From the NCBI GenBank assembly GCA_023957015.1, contig JAMLHR010000001.1:28841-92840 (forward strand): 64,000 bases of DNA. Reading direction: 5' to 3'. Within the stretch, counting starts at the first letter, position 1. Each line of letters starts with the position of its first letter. Below are positions 35,716 to 46,312 of this stretch, piece by piece. This DNA comes from Thermomicrobiales bacterium (GTDB lineage: Bacteria > Chloroflexota > Chloroflexia > Thermomicrobiales > UBA6265). The position numbers and the translations under genes were made by a program. The notes under the pieces are model-generated. The model worked only from the letters and a program-made list of their open reading frames with translations. It searched no databases and was not told the DNA's origin.

Positions 35716-36963
35716 ATGCTGGCTTCACTCTTTCGAACTTCGACCAAGCTCCTGATCGTGAGCCTGTTGACGATTCCGTTGGTATTTTCTCCGCGCGCAG
35801 TGATCGCAGCAGCACCAACGGCAGCCGAGCTCGGGCTCCCGGAGGCCGCTATGCCGCGCGAGTTCGGGGCCAGTTCGATCGAAGCCTACGTTTCGGAAAC
35901 GGGGCATTCGGTTACGGGATACATGCTGGATTACTGGCGCGCCAACGGTGCAGCCTCCGTCTACGGCAATCCGATCTCGCAGCCATACGCGGCGGATAAT
36001 CATCTCTATAGTCAGGCGTTCGAACGCGGTATCTTCCAGTACTCCGAAGTCTGGCTCTATTCCGATGACGCCGCTGTTCGCCTCAAACCTGTCATTAAAG
36101 AGGAGATTAAGGCGGATCGATCACAGACGCGATCCGATGGTCGACGCGGGGGTGCCGATCGTCGCAGCGGTATGATGCCAGCCGCAGTCAATACCGTGCG
36201 CGCAAACGAGGTCGCGAACGAGGGTGGTCGCATCAGCAAGGTTACTGGCTTCGGTATCTCCGGTGTCTTTGGTCAGTGGTATGACAATCATGAGGGTTGG
36301 TTCTACCTGGGTGCACCGGTGAGTGAACCGATGCGCATTCGCGGTGTTTACGGGCAGATGTTCGAGAACGGTATCCTCCTGCTCCAGGATGACCAGGTGA
36401 ACGTGGCACCGCTGCCGCGGGAGAATCCGGAGAAGTACGGTATCGACACCACACCGATCGCGCAGGGCGATATGCCGGTGTACTCCGAGACCCTGTTCTA
36501 CACCACTTATAACCCCTACGGCGTCGACCCCACCACCATCGATGGACCCAAGCGGATCGAGGTGAGCATCAGCGAGCAAACGATGTGGGCGTATCAAGGT
36601 GACACCCTGGTGCTGCAATCGTTGGTGAGTACTGGCAAGGAACCGAATCACACCGAGATCGGCTTCTTCCACGTTCGCATCAAATACAAGAGCCAAACGA
36701 TGGAGGGGTTCACGAACGGTTCGGGCGAGGTGATTAGCCTCGGTTCCGAGAACGAGGGTGATGACGAGGGCGAAGCGTACAGAGTCGAAGATGTGCCAGA
36801 CATCATGTACATCAATTACGAGGCAGAGGCGCTCCATGGTGCCTACTGGCATAACAACTTCGGTCAGCGCATGAGCCACGGTTGCATCAATCAGCCCCTG
36901 GACGTGGCGGCATTCATGTTTGAGTTTGCGCCGCTCGGTACACCGGTGACTGTGCGCGAGTAG
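35716..36963 (+). CDS. L,D-transpeptidase (YkuD domain) with signal peptide
   Basis: Signal peptide MLASLFRTSTKLLIVSLLTIPLVFSPRAVIAAAP. C-terminal YkuD catalytic context YWHNNFGQRMSHGCINQP. Confidence 0.8.
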   Translation: MLASLFRTSTKLLIVSLLTIPLVFSPRAVIAAAPTAAELGLPEAAMPREFGASSIEAYVSETGHSVTGYMLDYWRANGAASVYGNPISQPYAADNHLYSQAFERGIFQYSEVWLYSDDAAVRLKPVIKEEIKADRSQTRSDGRRGGADRRSGMMPAAVNTVRANEVANEGGRISKVTGFGISGVFGQWYDNHEGWFYLGAPVSEPMRIRGVYGQMFENGILLLQDDQVNVAPLPRENPEKYGIDTTPIAQGDMPVYSETLFYTTYNPYGVDPTTIDGPKRIEVSISEQTMWAYQGDTLVLQSLVSTGKEPNHTEIGFFHVRIKYKSQTMEGFTNGSGEVISLGSENEGDDEGEAYRVEDVPDIMYINYEAEALHGAYWHNNFGQRMSHGCINQPLDVAAFMFEFAPLGTPVTVRE

Positions 36964-36987
36964 CGGCACCCTGCAGCGCCCGCCGAA

Positions 36988-37075
36988 CGGTAGTTGAGCC
37001 CCTTGTGGGCTCCCCGTATAGTTGGTTTGTCGTTGCGATTCTCTCCCGGGTGGCCACAAGGGCCACGACTACCGA
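36988..37075. repeat. REPIN-like doublet: two inverted GGTAG-hairpin modules with CTTGT loops
   Basis: Plus strand: CGGTAGTT-GAGCCC-CTTGT-GGGCTC. Minus strand: CGGTAGTC-GTGGCC-CTTGT-GGCCAC (37050-37074). Confidence 0.7.
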
Positions 37076-37103
37076 TGGTCCGCCACCACGCCAACCAGGT
37101 GGA

Positions 37104-37131
37104 TTGCCAAACGCGAATCTTACGGTAGAAT
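37104..37131 (+). promoter_or_regulatory. sigma70-like promoter TTGCCA-16-TAGAAT upstream of soj
   Basis: -35 at 37104-37109 and -10 at 37126-37131, about 95 nt upstream of ATG 37225. Confidence 0.5.
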
Positions 37132-37224
37132 ATGCGGAATCGATATCGCATCAGGCGTATCGCATTCCACACTGGATCCGGATCACCGTTGAACGTCACC
37201 AACCCATCATTGTCAGCATCCTCC

Positions 37225-39518
<2,294 letters not shown>

Positions 39519-39525
39519 CCATCTC

Positions 39526-39590
39526 GGTAACAGGGGAGACAAACTCCCCCTCCCGATCTCAAGGGCAGACGAGCTGCCCTGCTACCTGTT
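39526..39590. repeat. REPIN-like doublet, homologous and inverted relative to 18601-18668
   Basis: GGTAACA-GGGGAG-ACAAA-CTCCCC ... GGGCAG-ACGAG-CTGCCC-TGCTACC. Outer pairing AACAGG/CCTGTT. Confidence 0.7.
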
Positions 39591-39600
39591 AGGAACAACT

Positions 39601-40020
39601 ATGGCAATTGATTTCAGCACGGAGCACGGTCAACGCGTGCTCAAGCAACTCGAAGAGGAGCAGGTGATCTGGTTGACCACCGTCGCCAAATCGGGGACAC
39701 CGCAGCCGAATCCGGTTTGGTTCCAGTATCTGGATGGCGATATCTTCATCTACACGCCTGCGGATGCGAAGCGGCTGAACAACATTGTGGAGAACAATCG
39801 CGTCTCGCTCAACTTCAATACCGATGCCGACGGCGAGGGTGTCACTGTCATCACCGGCCGCATCCATTGGGCAGATGATTTCCCCAAGGTTATCGACAAT
39901 CCCACTTACCTCGAGAAGTATGCCGAGGGTATCAAAGCGCTCGGTTGGTCCAACGAGAAGATGTCCGCCGATTTTCCGGTTGTACTGCGTGTTCATCCGG
40001 AGAAACTGCGGGGCTGGTAG
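39601..40020 (+). CDS. PPOX-class (pyridoxamine 5'-phosphate oxidase-like) probable F420-dependent enzyme
   Basis: 139 aa. VIWLTTVAKSGTPQPNPVWF..DGDIFIYT...NPRVSLNF pattern of the split-barrel F420/FMN-binding family. Confidence 0.65.
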   Translation: MAIDFSTEHGQRVLKQLEEEQVIWLTTVAKSGTPQPNPVWFQYLDGDIFIYTPADAKRLNNIVENNRVSLNFNTDADGEGVTVITGRIHWADDFPKVIDNPTYLEKYAEGIKALGWSNEKMSADFPVVLRVHPEKLRGW

Positions 40021-40029
40021 GCGGTCGCC

Positions 40030-40848
40030 ATGATGGCGAACCCACCCAACGGCTGGTTGACTCCAGCCGTTGATCAGCCTCCGTCTCGCCCGCAGGGACT
40101 CGTCGAGACGCTCAAACGATCCGCCTGGGTGCTTGGGCAGGGCACACTCATATTCGTTGCCTTCCAGATCTACAAGACGGTACGCCGTTACGGCATTCCA
40201 GACGACCCGGCGATCGCCTATGATCACGCCCGGAACATCATCCGCATCCAGGATCGTCTTGGCCTCTACTTTGAGCCAGATTGGCAAAGCTGGGCGCTGA
40301 ATCGCAGCGACAACTACATTCGCTTCTTCAACTATGTCTATGCCTACTACATGTGGTGGGTGATTGGCGGACTCAGTCTGCTCGCATTCCTGGCACCAGT
40401 GCGCTATCGATTCCTGCGTCGGGCTTTCTTCATCAGCATGTTTCTGGTCACCCCGATGTATCTGATCTATCCGCTGGCTCCGCCGCGCTTCATACCCGGC
40501 TTCGTCGATACGATGGCTGTCTACGGTCCGAACTATTTCTCCGAAAGTGGCCTGGTGCAAGCGAATCGTTATGCTGCGATGCCTTCCATGCATGTCGGCT
40601 GGACGACATTTGTGGCGATTGCGGTGGGTATGCTGCTGCCCTCCGCGAGGCTGCGGATACTCCTGGTAGTGTTCATGGCCTCGCTGATTACCTATGTGGT
40701 CATAATTACCGGCAATCACTATTGGCTGGATGCCGTGGTGGGTTGGATGTTCATTGGGGCCGCCATCGTGATCAACCACTACCTGCCGTATCCCTTGCTG
40801 CTGCGAGATCCTACGCCGGAGGCTCTTCCGGATTCCGGACTAGAGTGA
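40030..40848 (+). CDS. PAP2_C/inositol-phosphorylceramide-synthase-like membrane phosphatase family protein
   Basis: Multi-pass membrane protein with AAMPSMHVGW and GNHYWLDAVVGW (SxH ... HxxxD type PAP2 motifs). Confidence 0.6.
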   Translation: MMANPPNGWLTPAVDQPPSRPQGLVETLKRSAWVLGQGTLIFVAFQIYKTVRRYGIPDDPAIAYDHARNIIRIQDRLGLYFEPDWQSWALNRSDNYIRFFNYVYAYYMWWVIGGLSLLAFLAPVRYRFLRRAFFISMFLVTPMYLIYPLAPPRFIPGFVDTMAVYGPNYFSESGLVQANRYAAMPSMHVGWTTFVAIAVGMLLPSARLRILLVVFMASLITYVVIITGNHYWLDAVVGWMFIGAAIVINHYLPYPLLLRDPTPEALPDSGLE

Positions 40849-40906
40849 CTCACTTGACTCAAACCTGACACGAATGTTAAGAGAATATGACGATATGCTG
40901 ATATGC

Positions 40907-40935
40907 TTGACACGAGATATCGGTAGCGCTATGAT
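40907..40935 (+). promoter_or_regulatory. near-consensus sigma70 promoter TTGACA-17-TATGAT
   Basis: -35 at 40907-40912 and -10 at 40930-40935. This predicts a ~90-nt leader containing the hairpin CCCGCAC-AACGGC-GTGCGGG (40989-41008) before the first small gene. Confidence 0.6.
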
Positions 40936-41032
40936 GAGGTCGATGGTTGAGACCCGCATGGACGCCATCACAACATTGAGTCAAACAACCCGCACAACGG
41001 CGTGCGGGATCGCCACAGGAAAGGAGGCCACC

Positions 41033-41203
41033 GTGTATTTCCCGGCCTCAATTACGATGCAGATGCATGAGAACCAAATCGAATCTTCCCAGAATCCGGA
41101 GACACGCCGCATGGCGATGTTCAATCGAGCCCGCCGGGAAGATACCAATGGACTCCTCGTCGCATTGATCTCCCGCAAACTGCGCGGAACCAGCAGCAAG
41201 TAA
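41033..41203 (+). CDS. small basic protein, paralog 1 of 3 (56 aa), unknown family
   Basis: AAGGAGG at 41021-41027, then GTG 41033. Core NPETRRMAMFNRARREDTNGLLVALISRKLRG is shared with the next two genes. Confidence 0.6.
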   Translation: MYFPASITMQMHENQIESSQNPETRRMAMFNRARREDTNGLLVALISRKLRGTSSK

Positions 41204-41247
41204 CCGGATACCCGCTCGTATATCAGTACAGAAAGGTAAGTAACGAC

Positions 41248-41415
41248 ATGATGCCAGTAGCTTTTATCACCAGCTTCCCAACCGAAATCGAAGAGGCTCG
41301 TAGCCCAGAACTGCGCCGCATGGCAATGCTCAATCGCGCGCACCGCGAGGAAGTCAGCACGCTGTTCTCCGCGCTCACACCACGCAAGCTACGACGCTTC
41401 CGCCGGAGCATCTAG
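41248..41415 (+). CDS. small basic protein, paralog 2 of 3 (55 aa); absent from the ORF track because it is under 60 aa
   Basis: My translation: MMPVAFITSFPTEIEEARSPELRRMAMLNRAHREEVSTLFSALTPRKLRRFRRSI*. Differences from the paralogs are concentrated at third codon positions. Confidence 0.6.
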   Translation: MMPVAFITSFPTEIEEARSPELRRMAMLNRAHREEVSTLFSALTPRKLRRFRRSI

Positions 41416-41430
41416 TTCCGAGGAGGGTAT

Positions 41431-41694
41431 ATGTACCAACCCCACCTCCATACGACATTCACATCAGCAGCCGAAACGGCTACCAGCCCTGAACTGCGGC
41501 GAATGCAGTTGGCAAATCACGCGCGACGAGAGGAACTTGATCTCTTGATCTATACCTCCACGCAACGCGGTCGGCGACAAACGCCACCGACCAGCACAAT
41601 CCAGCGAGGCGCGATCGATCGAACCATCCACGCGCTCCGCGATAGTATCGGCGGCATGCTGATCTCCGCGGGTAACAGAATCCAATCGGCGTAA
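41431..41694 (+). CDS. small protein, paralog 3 of 3 (87 aa) with C-terminal extension
   Basis: GAGGAGGG 5 nt upstream of ATG 41431. The core is SPELRRMQLANHARREELDLLIY. Confidence 0.65.
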   Translation: MYQPHLHTTFTSAAETATSPELRRMQLANHARREELDLLIYTSTQRGRRQTPPTSTIQRGAIDRTIHALRDSIGGMLISAGNRIQSA

Positions 41695-41710
41695 CCTATC
41701 CGATGAATGA

Positions 41711-41756
41711 CAACAAGGAAACAGGAGGTCCAGCCGGACCTCCTGTTTCCTTGTTC
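41711..41756. repeat. 46-bp direct repeat (left copy), itself a perfect 20-bp-stem palindrome
   Basis: CAACAAGGAAACAGGAGGTCCAGCCGGACCTCCTGTTTCCTTGTTC is identical to 43337-43382. Confidence 0.95.
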
Positions 41757-43336
41757 CTTAAGTTTGGCACTCTGAGGAGGCGAGGGTTCTGGTGAGAGCC
41801 GTCGTCATCGTGGGACATGTCTGGATTGTGCGAGTCTGAGGCGTATCGTTGGCGTTAGATGGCATCCGCGACCGCCAACAGCACCTTCAAGGCGGTATTT
41901 TCCGTGGGGTTGGTCCGGAACCACGCACAATGGGGTGTTACCTGCCGGGGTGGTGCGGTCATCAGCTCTTCCCGGAGTTGCATCGTCAGGTCACGCAATA
42001 TCCAGCGACGCTGGCGGTACCAGCGCCGGGAATGCCGAATGGACGGCGGACACCTGACTCCCGTCAGGATGAGGACCGCGTACACCCAGACCACCCACTG
42101 CGTCACGGTTACTGCACCTCGGGCCGACCACTGTTGCTGGTCACCCAGTCCCCAGCCACTCTTCAGTTCCCGATGCATTACCTCCACTTCCCACCGTTGC
42201 CACACCCAGAGCGCCAGCTGTTCCACCGGATAGGGCAGCTCCCATCCGTGTGAAGTTTGGCGGGCATTGACCAGGAAGTGCATCATGTCACGCGATCGTC
42301 GTGACGATCCACGCCCACGTCCAATCCCGGCAATCGTGATGAGCATCAGGGGATGGTCGGCTGCCTTCTTGATCACCCAGGGACCGGTCACCTGGATCCG
42401 TAGATGACGGTCTTTGCCCCGCACCCGAATGACACATGTCTGCCACCCGGAATGCTCCTGTCCCTGTACAGGTGTGAGACCGCGGTCTCCATAGAGCCGC
42501 TTCCGTCCACGTCGGGGTGGTTCGTTCGGATCCGGGAGATGGTACAGCGCCTGATTCTTCGCACAGCGCGCAATCCCGGTCGTGGCCGGTGGCAGTGCAT
42601 TCCAGGTTCCGCACCACTATAGGCACCATCCCCCGTCACCACGAGGGGACGATCCCGTTCACCCAGCGCGTCCATCGCCTCCCGGATGGACCGCACACCT
42701 CCAGCGCGGCCTGCCATTCCGTCTGAGGAGGATGATCTGCCCATGGCTGCGAGGTCGCAGGATGGAGCTGGTGCAAACACCAGCGGGATGGCACGACTGT
42801 CTCCTTCCGCGGTGGGTGGTGTCAAAACTCGTCGTCCCTTCCCAGCGCTGGGCATGATGGATGCCAGGCTCCCAGGGTGGTGTCCGCGGGGATCGTCCCC
42901 ACCCCGATCCCGCATCTTCCGCCCGGTCCGCGGGAGCTGAGTGCCATCGACCACCACCACCACCGGATCATGACGTACACAGCCGCAGCCAGTGGGCGAT
43001 AACCTGACGCTGCAACGCGCTGATCGCAACCCGTGGGGCGGAGAACACCCGGTAGGTCGCGGTCCAGTCACGCGATGCCATGCCCATGAACGAGGAGCAT
43101 GCGTGAGACCATGCTCCGGCCGGTCACCAGAACCAGACCAACGGTCAGCACCAGGAGGCGCAGCGCAGCTCTGGTACAGGCATGTGACGGAGCATGGTGG
43201 CACAGGTAGTAACAAATCAGGTCGAGAACGTGGTAGGATCGGGCATCACAGACCTCTACGGATCATGAAGAGGCCCTTAGCCTACGGAGTCTGTGACTTC
43301 TTGACAATCCCCTGTACGAAAACTGCCAAAGTTAAG
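41757..43336 (-). mobile_element. IS4-superfamily (IS701/IS1634-like) insertion sequence, about 1.58 kb, decayed
   Basis: Terminal inverted repeats CTTAAGTTTGGCAC (left) and CTTAACTTTGGCAG (right, reverse complement). An internal DDE transposase is split over several frames. Confidence 0.8.
41855..43215 (-). pseudogene. DDE transposase, at least 4 frameshifts
   Basis: Pieces lie in different minus frames: GLVLVTGRSMVSRMLLVHGHGIA; DWTATYRVFSAPRVAISALQRQVIAHW; VVVVDGTQLPRTGRKM (first D); LVVTGDGAYSG (second D); QRWEVEVMHRELKSGWGLG (E/K region of IS4-type enzymes). Confidence 0.75.
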
Positions 43337-43382
43337 CAACAAGGAAACAGGAGGTCCAGCCGGACCTCCTGTTTCCTTGTTC
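43337..43382. repeat. 46-bp direct repeat (right copy), perfect palindrome
   Basis: Identical to 41711-41756. It lies 46 nt upstream of the parA start. Confidence 0.95.
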
Positions 43383-43428
43383 GGTATCATTGAGCAGATA
43401 TGACCGACCGGATCACTCCGAGGGCTAC

Positions 43429-44199
43429 ATGACCCGCATCATCGCGTTCTTCAACCAAAAAGGCGGTACTGCCAAAACCACCAGCACACTCAATGTGGCG
43501 GCTGCGCTGGCTGAACGCGGCCGACGAGTACTGACGATTGATCTCGATCCGCAGGCCAGCCTCAGTATGGCCATCGGCACCGATGTCGCCCACCTTGACC
43601 TCTCCGTGTACGACCTGCTGCTGGACGAAGAGGTAACCATCGCCGATGTGGTGCAACCAACGACAATCGCCGGGATCGATATCGTGCCCTCGCATCCGGA
43701 TCTCGCAGCCGCCGAACTGGAGCTGCTGAACGTCCTCGAGCGCGAGCGCCAGCTGGATCATCGACTCAAATCAGCGGATCTGACCACATATGACTATGTC
43801 CTGATCGATTCGCCGCCCGCGCTCAATATCATCAGCATCAATATCCTGGTGGCGATCCACGAACTCGTGATTCCGATCGAGCCGCATCCGCTCTCGCTGA
43901 TGGTGCTGAAGCGACTCTTCGAGACGATCAATCGCATCAGCCGCCTGAATCCCGATCTGCGCGTGCTCGGCTTCCTGCCAACGAAGGTTCACCACAGCTC
44001 CCGGCTCGCACAGGATATGCTGGTCCAGTTGGAGGAGCAGTTCCCGCAACTACCGCTCCTGCCGAGTATCCCGCTCAGCGTGCGTGGGGCGGAAAGCACA
44101 GCCGAACGCACGAGCGTGCTGCAATACATGCCGAGATCGAACGTCGCCGCCGCCTATCGCGATGTCGGTGCCTGGCTGGAAGGGAGCGACCATGAGTGA
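43429..44199 (+). CDS. parA: ParA-family partition ATPase (second copy in window)
   Basis: MTRIIAFFNQKGGTAKTTSTLNVAAALA, TIDLDPQAS, LIDSPPALN. Overlaps parB by 8 nt. Confidence 0.85.
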   Translation: MTRIIAFFNQKGGTAKTTSTLNVAAALAERGRRVLTIDLDPQASLSMAIGTDVAHLDLSVYDLLLDEEVTIADVVQPTTIAGIDIVPSHPDLAAAELELLNVLERERQLDHRLKSADLTTYDYVLIDSPPALNIISINILVAIHELVIPIEPHPLSLMVLKRLFETINRISRLNPDLRVLGFLPTKVHHSSRLAQDMLVQLEEQFPQLPLLPSIPLSVRGAESTAERTSVLQYMPRSNVAAAYRDVGAWLEGSDHE

Positions 44200-45196
44200 C
44201 AGACCTCGACGTAGCCGCAGATTCTCCGTCGAAGATCTCTTCACCGATACGCGACCCCAGGCTACTGGTGTCGCCGATTTGACCGAGGCCAAGGTGATCG
44301 ATCTGGATCGCATTGAACCCGATCCCGATCAGCCGCGCCATCACTTCGATGAGAACCGTCTGGCTGAACTGGCGGATGCGATCCGTCTGGAGGGTGTCCT
44401 GCAACCGATTGTGGTGCGCTATGACGGTGGGCGCGATATCTATGTCATCGTCCACGGTGAACGCCGCTGGCGGGCCAGCAAATTGGCCGAGCAGCAAAGC
44501 ATTCCGGCGATCGTGCGCGATGTACCCGAGCGGCGGCGACTGGTGCAGCAGTTGATGGAAAACGTCGTTCGCGATGATCTAAACGCCATCGATCGCGCGG
44601 CGGCACTGCGCGCCCTGCGTGCGCAGATGGACAACGCCCCCTGGGAACAGGTCGCGGACGCTGTCGGTATCAAGCGAAGTCGGTTGTTCCAGTTACTGGG
44701 TACGGAGAAGCTATCGGATGCCGCCCAGGATGATATCCGTAGCGGCAAACTAAGTGAGAAGCAGAGCCGGGCACTCCAGGGATTGACTCCCGCCCACCAG
44801 GAGGCGCTTCGGGCGCTGATGGTGGAGGAGGATATCTCGGCGGCCACCGCCATGAAGATCGCCCAGGCATTACGAACCTATGCGGAAGGTCCCAGTCACT
44901 CCAGCGCTCAGAGCGACGTTCGTACCCTCTTCGATCTACTTGAGCCAAAGGACGCGGAGGCGCTGCGTTCCCAGACGCACACCCTCCTCCTCGCAGTGCA
45001 ACAGCGGCAGAGCTCCGATCTGGCCAGGCTGCTTGGCGTACCGAGAATCAGCGATGATCGATTGACGAAGGATGTTTCGGTGTTGGCGAAATCGCTTACC
45101 CGTGCCGAGGAGCTGGGCGAGGAATCGAAGTCGACACTCGCCGAGCTGCGTGACGCAATCGACGCCATTCTCGATAGTCCGGAAAAACGCAAATGA
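44192..45196 (+). CDS. parB: ParB/Spo0J-family partition protein
   Basis: IEPDPDQPRHHFDENRLAELADAIRLEGVLQPIVV and VHGERRWRAS (ParB N-terminal box). An HTH region follows (APWEQVADAVGIKRSRLFQLL). Confidence 0.85.
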   Translation: MSDRPRRSRRFSVEDLFTDTRPQATGVADLTEAKVIDLDRIEPDPDQPRHHFDENRLAELADAIRLEGVLQPIVVRYDGGRDIYVIVHGERRWRASKLAEQQSIPAIVRDVPERRRLVQQLMENVVRDDLNAIDRAAALRALRAQMDNAPWEQVADAVGIKRSRLFQLLGTEKLSDAAQDDIRSGKLSEKQSRALQGLTPAHQEALRALMVEEDISAATAMKIAQALRTYAEGPSHSSAQSDVRTLFDLLEPKDAEALRSQTHTLLLAVQQRQSSDLARLLGVPRISDDRLTKDVSVLAKSLTRAEELGEESKSTLAELRDAIDAILDSPEKRK

Positions 45197-45216
45197 CCCG
45201 CACGACGGTGTGCGGG
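45197..45216. terminator. hairpin CCCGCAC-GACGGT-GTGCGGG between convergent parB and a small ORF
   Basis: 7-bp GC-rich stem immediately after the parB stop. Near-identical to the hairpin at 40989-41008. Confidence 0.5.
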
Positions 45217-45231
45217 CCATCAACGTTGTTT

Positions 45232-45342
45232 CTAAATCTCAGGCTGGGTGCGATTGGTTCGACTGTCGGCACCGAAGCGCACGGCCAGAACATCAAGCAG
45301 AATCAGCGAAGCGACAAGAGAAACGACGATCAACAGTTCCAT
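45232..45342 (-). CDS. 36-aa hydrophobic small protein (not in the ORF track)
   Basis: AGGAG 9 nt upstream of the ATG (complement of 45340-45342). My translation: MELLIVVSLVASLILLDVLAVRFGADSRTNRTQPEI*. Confidence 0.4.
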   Translation of the reverse strand: MELLIVVSLVASLILLDVLAVRFGADSRTNRTQPEI

Positions 45343-45505
45343 TGGTATGATCTCCTGGTTGCTGTGTCCCAGAACACTGCGTTGTGCCCGGAACTTTGAC
45401 GAACAACGTTGTATCTCTCAGTAACTGACTAGATCATATCACGGTATCGCGATATGCGCAATAGGTTGTATAGCATATCGCCAACATTCAGATTCGGAGT
45501 CCGCC

Positions 45506-46252
45506 GTGCGTCGACCTGCTTATCTCCTCTCCTTGCTAGCCCTGGTGTTCCTGTTCGTCGCATGCGGCGGTGAAGACACGCCAACCCCGGCGGCGACGGT
45601 CGGTCCTCCGACAGCGGAATCGGGTCAGATGATGGTTGCTGATTTGGTCGCAATGGCCGATGCAGCCTGGCCGAATGTGGAATCCATGCGCACGACATCC
45701 CGCAGCAGCGTAATCACGACTGCGGGTGATCAACCGTTCAACGGCAGTGTTCAAGATTGGAACCGTAACGGGAACCGCCATATCATCGAGTTCCAGGATG
45801 GTACCGCGGTCAACGAACAGATCTATGCCGATGGTGTGATCTATATGCGCGGTGTCTTCGTCAGCGCGGCGGTTGCACCGGGGTTGAATGTCAACACCTG
45901 GATCATCGTCGATAGCGTTGCTATCGACCCGGACTCACAAATCGGTGTTCAGGTTACCTATCTGACCAGAGAACAAGCGAATCCATATGGTCTGCTGTCA
46001 GATGATCTCCTCCAGACTCCGGTGCACGAATCCGGTCGGGTCACCGTTGGCGCCCGCAGCTGCATGCTCTACACCTTCGGTGATGAAGCCAATACCGGTA
46101 ACGAGATACGGTATGAGATCGCAATCGATAGCGGTGGTCTCCCCTGTCAGGTGGTCCAACGCGCCGGAGATGCACAGAACAGCACCCTCTACGAGTTCAA
46201 CAGCGGGATTACGATCGAGGCACCACTGGATGATGCAACACCGGAGCCATAA
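45506..46252 (+). CDS. lipoprotein of unknown function
   Basis: GTG start. Signal plus lipobox MRRPAYLLSLLALVFLFVAC-GGEDTP. No recognisable catalytic motif. Confidence 0.65.
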   Translation: MRRPAYLLSLLALVFLFVACGGEDTPTPAATVGPPTAESGQMMVADLVAMADAAWPNVESMRTTSRSSVITTAGDQPFNGSVQDWNRNGNRHIIEFQDGTAVNEQIYADGVIYMRGVFVSAAVAPGLNVNTWIIVDSVAIDPDSQIGVQVTYLTREQANPYGLLSDDLLQTPVHESGRVTVGARSCMLYTFGDEANTGNEIRYEIAIDSGGLPCQVVQRAGDAQNSTLYEFNSGITIEAPLDDATPEP

Positions 46253-46312
46253 CGCAGGATTTCGGCGGCGAGATGCGATGTAGAGGTAGAGAATGGTCTA
46301 CGGAGGGCATGT

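Noticed and set aside
42388-43215. 275-aa ORF as an intact transposase
   Set aside because: Its N-terminal ~85 residues are Pro/Gly/Cys/Arg-rich junk. Genuine transposase-like segments appear in the other two minus frames, and the C-terminal catalytic region is in yet another ORF (41855-42424). The gene is therefore fragmented.
45395-45412. CGAACAACGTTGTA as a second SOS box
   Set aside because: The left half, CGAAC, fits, but the right half is TTGT rather than GTTC. The site is really a 10-bp palindrome, ACAACGTTGT, of unknown meaning.
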